Below are positions 61,101 to 64,000 of a stretch of DNA of 64,000 nt, piece by piece. The translations under genes were made by a program, and so were the position numbers. Within the stretch, counting starts at the first letter, position 1, and the number at the start of each line of letters is the position of its first letter. Below the pieces are notes generated by a model. The model made no database searches and was not told the origin of the DNA. It saw nothing but the letters and a program-made list of their open reading frames with translations. The DNA is taken from assembly GCA_051362555.1 (NCBI GenBank), contig CM120645.1, positions 19,344,001 to 19,408,000 on the forward strand, in the 5' to 3' direction. The DNA is from Lingula anatina (taxonomy: Eukaryota > Animalia > Brachiopoda).

Positions 61101-63899
61101 ATGAAAATACATAATAACATTTTGGGGATAGCAGCCTAAATGTATATTTTTACACACTATGAATCCTTCATTTTTAAGAAAATAAACCCGCAATGCAAAA
61201 ACAGTAAACTGCAGTACTGATATCTATGATACTGTATCTTTATATTCTCTTTTATATCACAAACATTAAACCATCATGATATATCATTTTCACAATTCAA
61301 CTTATGCTGTCTCTGTGACTAATAGATAGAATATCACCACTCCTTTATTTCTACCTACCCACAAATTTTCAATCCTGCCAAAGGCACTATAATTCTCCTC
61401 CATTTCTTGCTGGTTCCACTATAGAATACAGTGCCATCTATACTTGAGTGGGCACAAGCATCCCCCTTACAAGGTGGCACCACTAGTAACCAGGACAGTC
61501 CTCCATCCTTTGAATACTGAAGGTACACTGGGTGTTTGTGGTAGGAATGGATGGAACAACCAACATTTATCTGAAAATATCAGAATGTTGTTTAGTGAAC
61601 TGGAAATTAAATGTGTGCAATGTCAAATATGTGACAAGTAGCAATCTCATACATCAGTTACTAAATCTTATCATAAAATGGCAACAGGAAAAGGCGCCAA
61701 TTCCATTACAGATTATAACTGGTCTTCTGCTGCTGGTCTGGATGATATTCACACATGGCATACATTTCAAGTGTACTTTCTTCAAAAAAAATGGTGAAGT
61801 TAGTTTTCAATACTGAGAACAATTATATATGGATATAGGAACTAGTTTAATGTACAAAGAAATTTTGAATATAACCCTAACCCAATGATTAAAATCAACA
61901 CAATGACCGCAAAAATACTAAAAACAAAATCTCACATCAAACTGCACCACAGTTTTTTCCCCAACCTCCATGTCGTTGGTAGTGATAGACTTCTCACCGG
62001 GACCTCTCTTATATACTATTGCCTTGGAGCCAGTCAGTGGTGTATCTGGCCTACATTGGTAAAAAAACGTAGGCAAGGTATTCCCAAAATGTAACAAAAA
62101 AGTTGTACAGTTATATTATGTGAATTTTATTTGAATATTTCTCGCAACCATAAGATGATTTATTTGTGAATATAAACAAACTTGTATATGTAGAAATAAA
62201 AACATTTCCAAACTGAAATATGTTAAACTATCAAATCCTATTAAAAATCTCAAAAATCACTTGACTCAGCACCCCCCAAAAATGGTCAGTTAAATTACCC
62301 TGTGTGATCTGCGCAAAACTCTCCAATCCTTCCTCCAGGCCAAAAGAGCCAGAGTGCTGGGTCAGGTTCAGAGTCAAATGTTTCATACACGGAGGTAGGG
62401 TGCATAGCAGCTCCTCCTATGTACAGACTATCGATTGACCAAACAGACTGCATGTAACCTGAAATAAAAATGGGTAAAAAGTTACTGAAAGTTGTACAAT
62501 GCACATCAGACAACATGAAAAAAATCCAAGAAATTTCAACACTATTTCTGTAAACATCAAGTATTTTGTACATTGAAGAACCTTTAACAACATTAACACA
62601 AAGTGAACTGATACACCCAACTAATATTTACCTCCATGTTTGGGTTGCCAAAATCTGAACCTTGTTGAGTTACTCATAGCTTGCCTGGAATTTGTTATAC
62701 TGAAAAATCTGGAAGAGAAAAGAGAATTTCATTTCAAATTGCAGCTTTACTATCATATCTTATCTCATAACTACATAAATAATTATATAAAAAACATTTA
62801 CCAACAAAATCTCTATTACCTCTTGATACTTTAATTTTGAATAAAAAAGAAAAGAAAAAAGAAAACCTTCTTCCAGCAGACGGAACAAAAAACAGCTCTT
62901 TTAGGAGTTGCCAGCTAACCCCGCCATTGGTTGAATACTGCAACAGCACACTGTGTTCAGGCGACCATGTTGGATGCACTTCATTGCAGCCATATTGGAA
63001 CACAAACTGCAGAACCATAATTGCAGATGCATCCAAGTCTCTTGTAGCTATTAGTCTAATGGTGTCCTGAGGGAAAATTACTCTCCTTAAAAAATCCTGA
63101 GTATCATTTTTCTGTTTCAAAAGCTTCTTAATTAAGACAATGGCAACACATAACACAAATTCTGGATCTTTCAAAGAAGCTATTTAACTTCCATCAGGAA
63201 TTTTTCACGGTATGTACCTGAAACTTTTAAAATTAATAATAAACATTTTTCACAACGGCAACTGTACTTAAAATATTATCTAACTTTGTGTAATATCTTC
63301 TAATTATATATGGGTAGTTGCTATACTACATTGTATCAGTCATGCAGTCACTTAATTACCACTTGGAGGATATGGAATGCTATTGGCACAAATAAAAATC
63401 TGCATTTGTTGGAACACCAACCAAATCCCAATACAATTATTGCTCATGGACCCCATATCACTTCCTATTGCCCCAGCAACTGACTACATAATGAAGTCAT
63501 CCCATGACTTTTAAATAAAAACAATTAATTTAGGAATAATTCACCTAGCCATTTGCATAGATAACGCAACTTCTGCTTTGATACCTTTTCTCATTATTAT
63601 ATAATAAGCAAAACATTTAATATTTCAAGGATGTATTTCCCATCAATTCCCTCTCAGTATAGTCTTTTTTTGTAAATACTTCATTCAAATATACGTCACA
63701 ATATCATTTAACAATCTCACTTACTTTGTAAAAAGTAAGAGAGTTCCCAAACTGTATGACACCACATATATTGGTCACCTCTCCTCCATATATCTCTGGC
63801 CATTGGTCATTCTGCAGTTGACCATCAAAACTGTCCTTTAAATACCCAGGCAACGGGACTTGAGGTACACAAAATTCACCAAAATATCCCTGATCACAT
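11776..63899 (-). CDS. RELN: Reelin, 3' portion (26 coding exons, ~1637 aa; about repeat 4 EGF to the C-terminus); 5' end outside the window
   Basis: Phase-consistent GT-AG exons, in transcription order: 63899-63725, 63066-62867, 62708-62632, 62458-62299, 62050-61936, 61570-61359, 61056-60836, 60520-60370, 60120-59862, 59309-59165, 58469-58362, 58076-57908, 21634-21494, 21249-21069, 20697-20504, 20022-19480, 18998-18806, 18461-18286, 17886-17780, 17609-17227, 16657-16416, 15971-15817, 14015-13799, 13502-13385, 12443-12265, 11869-11776 (stop TAA). Repeated reelin motifs: LQYSxxGGxxW (BNR/Asp-box), TRFRWxQ, WAxDxVYIG and EGF CxGxGxC. Terminal [11 protein letters not shown]...[26 protein letters not shown] resembles the vertebrate reelin end. 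Confidence 0.95.
14229..14429. mobile_element. ~200-bp putative MITE in a reelin intron
   Basis: 15-bp terminal inverted repeats ctcccttaccaaaat / attttgctaagggag (1 mismatch) with internal gcaaa/ttgc short repeats; no clear TSD. Confidence 0.45.
14485..15754 (+). mobile_element. Internally deleted hAT-like DNA transposon (1270 bp) with transposase N- and C-terminal relics
   Basis: Perfect 15-bp TIRs cagtgattgggaagg / ccttcccaatcactg. Flanking direct repeat aaagac (14479-14484, 15755-15760). Subterminal gcgccat and ggcccat repeats. ORF 14850-15197 ends ARGFQPG, and a shifted frame continues [11 protein letters not shown], the TTF-type zinc-finger start of hAT transposases. This is followed by a C-terminus-like ..[13 protein letters not shown]. 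Confidence 0.8.
20095..20178. repeat. (TG)n compound microsatellite
   Basis: Two TG runs, directly visible. Confidence 0.9.
22528..22562 (+). promoter_or_regulatory. Candidate TATA + initiator (or alternatively a splice acceptor) ~70-100 bp upstream of the nested gene ATG; repeated at ~36851-36885 and ~47996-48030
   Basis: atataat followed ~30 bp later by acagtc (Inr-like CAGT). The same stretch ttctccattcttacag also reads as an acceptor, so it is ambiguous. Confidence 0.3.
22629..32012 (+). CDS. Nested secreted short-chain collagen C4-like protein, copy 1 (383 aa, 6 exons)
   Basis: Exons 22629-22862, 23094-23214, 29322-29452, 30623-30698, 30941-31030 and 31513-32012 join in phase (1152 nt). 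Signal peptide [17 protein letters not shown], coiled coil, CPRAC + [42 protein letters not shown], and a Cys-rich C-terminal domain [44 protein letters not shown]. Confidence 0.88.
23788..27143 (+). mobile_element. Non-autonomous Helentron/HINE-like element (family B), long form with an internal 146-bp satellite
   Basis: Absent at the paralogous site in unit 3 (tacacaa^taaccaatt, ~49620). 5' hairpin gaggcg-atac-cgcctc. Sub-terminal IR tattgtaccaccagc / gctggtggtacaata. cggcggagc micro-repeats and a 3' hairpin tgtaccgccagcg-ctaa-cgctggtggtaca. No coding capacity. Confidence 0.8.
23990..26145 (+). repeat. 146-bp tandem repeat array, ~14.8 units, inside the family B element
   Basis: taggtcaaaggtcaattt..gtcacatttagattgccagtatatgacttcctattcaagttcaatagtaactatggacctatctc..gccagttttggagataaaa recurs every ~146 bp (e.g. 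24137, 24283, 24429 ... 26034). Confidence 0.95.
29195..29224. repeat. (AG)n microsatellite; paralogous at ~41075-41112 and ~51641-51667
   Basis: Directly visible; length differs among units. Confidence 0.9.
29534..30478. mobile_element. IS3EU-like non-autonomous TIR element (945 bp)
   Basis: 6-bp TSD tagatg (29528-29533, 30479-30484); the empty site ggcctagatgccttc is present in units 2 and 3. TIRs start tacggagctttgttagtatcatattaac and run ~200-250 bp, containing palindromic ttttcaccgcggtgaaaa repeats. TAY..RTA termini with a 6-bp TSD fit IS3EU (superfamily call is inference). Confidence 0.85.
31051..31085. repeat. (GT)n microsatellite in intron 5 of the nested gene; paralogous at ~42001-42045 and ~54006-54044
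   Basis: Directly visible. Confidence 0.9.
33296..33328. repeat. (AT)n microsatellite; longer in unit 2 (~44295-44355), shorter in unit 3 (~56268-56282)
   Basis: Directly visible. Confidence 0.9.
34827..36722 (+). mobile_element. Non-autonomous Helentron/HINE-like element (family A, young copy, ~1.9 kb)
   Basis: Absent in unit 1 (A-run at ~22394-22399). 5' aacaagg..atgtacagaca sub-TIR. Internal ~370-bp duplication and ~161-bp tandem repeats (~36000-36625). cggcga/cgacgg micro-repeat. 3' hairpin tatgtacagacac-atct-gtgtctgtacata followed by an A-run. Confidence 0.8.
36952..42972 (+). CDS. Nested secreted short-chain collagen C4-like protein, copy 2 (383 aa, 6 exons)
   Basis: Exons 36952-37185, 37423-37543, 41223-41353, 41573-41648, 41891-41980 and 42473-42972; same lengths and phases as copy 1, open frame. 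Confidence 0.88.
37638..37721 (+). mobile_element. Non-LTR retrotransposon (CR1/L2/Jockey-type) reverse-transcriptase relic
   Basis: Translates [28 protein letters not shown], the classic LINE RT motif. It lies in a ~360-bp segment (37598-37960) that is missing from unit 1. Confidence 0.8.
39795..40334. mobile_element. Solo LTR (Gypsy-like), 540 bp
   Basis: TGT...ACA termini (tgttatgt / acactaca), 4-bp TSD gtat (39791-39794, 40335-40338); empty site attacgtatattcatc in units 1 and 3. Confidence 0.8.
45849..47866 (+). mobile_element. Helentron/HINE-like family A element, unit 3 copy (contains a MITE)
   Basis: Same termini, repeats and 3' hairpin as 34827-36722. Confidence 0.8.
46794..46956. 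mobile_element. 163-bp hairpin MITE
   Basis: 31-bp perfect TIR tatgataaggttatttaggtgtaaagctgag, extending imperfectly inward; 4-bp TSD tagt; empty site gaacatagtggatg in unit 2 (~35786). Confidence 0.85.
48778..48861 (+). mobile_element. LINE RT relic, unit 3 copy
   Basis: [28 protein letters not shown]. Confidence 0.75.
51713..53173 (+). mobile_element. Helentron/HINE-like family B element, short form (~1.46 kb, ~1.8 satellite units); independent insertion
   Basis: Same ends as 23788-27143 (ctagaggatcagagaggcgataccgcctcc ... gctggtggtacaa); empty site cctactcaa^taagag in units 1 and 2 (~29264, ~41154). Confidence 0.82.
58096..58142. repeat. (AAT)n microsatellite next to a reelin acceptor
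   Basis: Directly visible; explains the poly-Ile in ORF calls. Confidence 0.9.
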
Positions 63900-64000
63900 C
63901 TGTAAGAAAATTATTTTCACATTTTTATGTCACTAAAGCATATGCAGGTTGACCCGGAGTAACAATTAGAGTTTTTTTATTTTTTAAGTTCACTAGCTCC

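Overview
AT-rich, intron-containing animal genomic DNA. The gene content suggests a marine invertebrate (inference). (1) 1571-9547 (+): a 3-coding-exon, ~2064-aa GRL101-like GPCR with CUB, C-type-lectin, ~7 LDLa, LRR and 7TM domains. (2) Convergent with it, 11776-63899 (-): the 3' 26 coding exons of a reelin gene, from about the EGF of repeat 4 to the basic C-terminal tail. All exons join in phase with GT-AG; the 5' part lies beyond the window. (3) One reelin intron (21635-57907, 36.3 kb) is almost completely filled by a head-to-tail triplication of an 11-12 kb unit. Each unit carries an antisense nested 6-exon gene for a secreted coiled-coil/short-collagen/'short-chain collagen C4'-type protein: two copies are intact and one is frameshifted with a divergent C-terminal exon. 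Comparing the three units exposes filled versus empty sites for several young mobile elements: two Helentron/HINE-like families with internal satellites, an IS3EU-like MITE, a solo LTR, a hairpin MITE and a LINE RT relic. An internally deleted hAT element lies in another reelin intron. No RNA genes or CRISPR arrays are supported. Exon boundaries were read by eye, and comparisons to vertebrate reelin residues are from memory and need an alignment.
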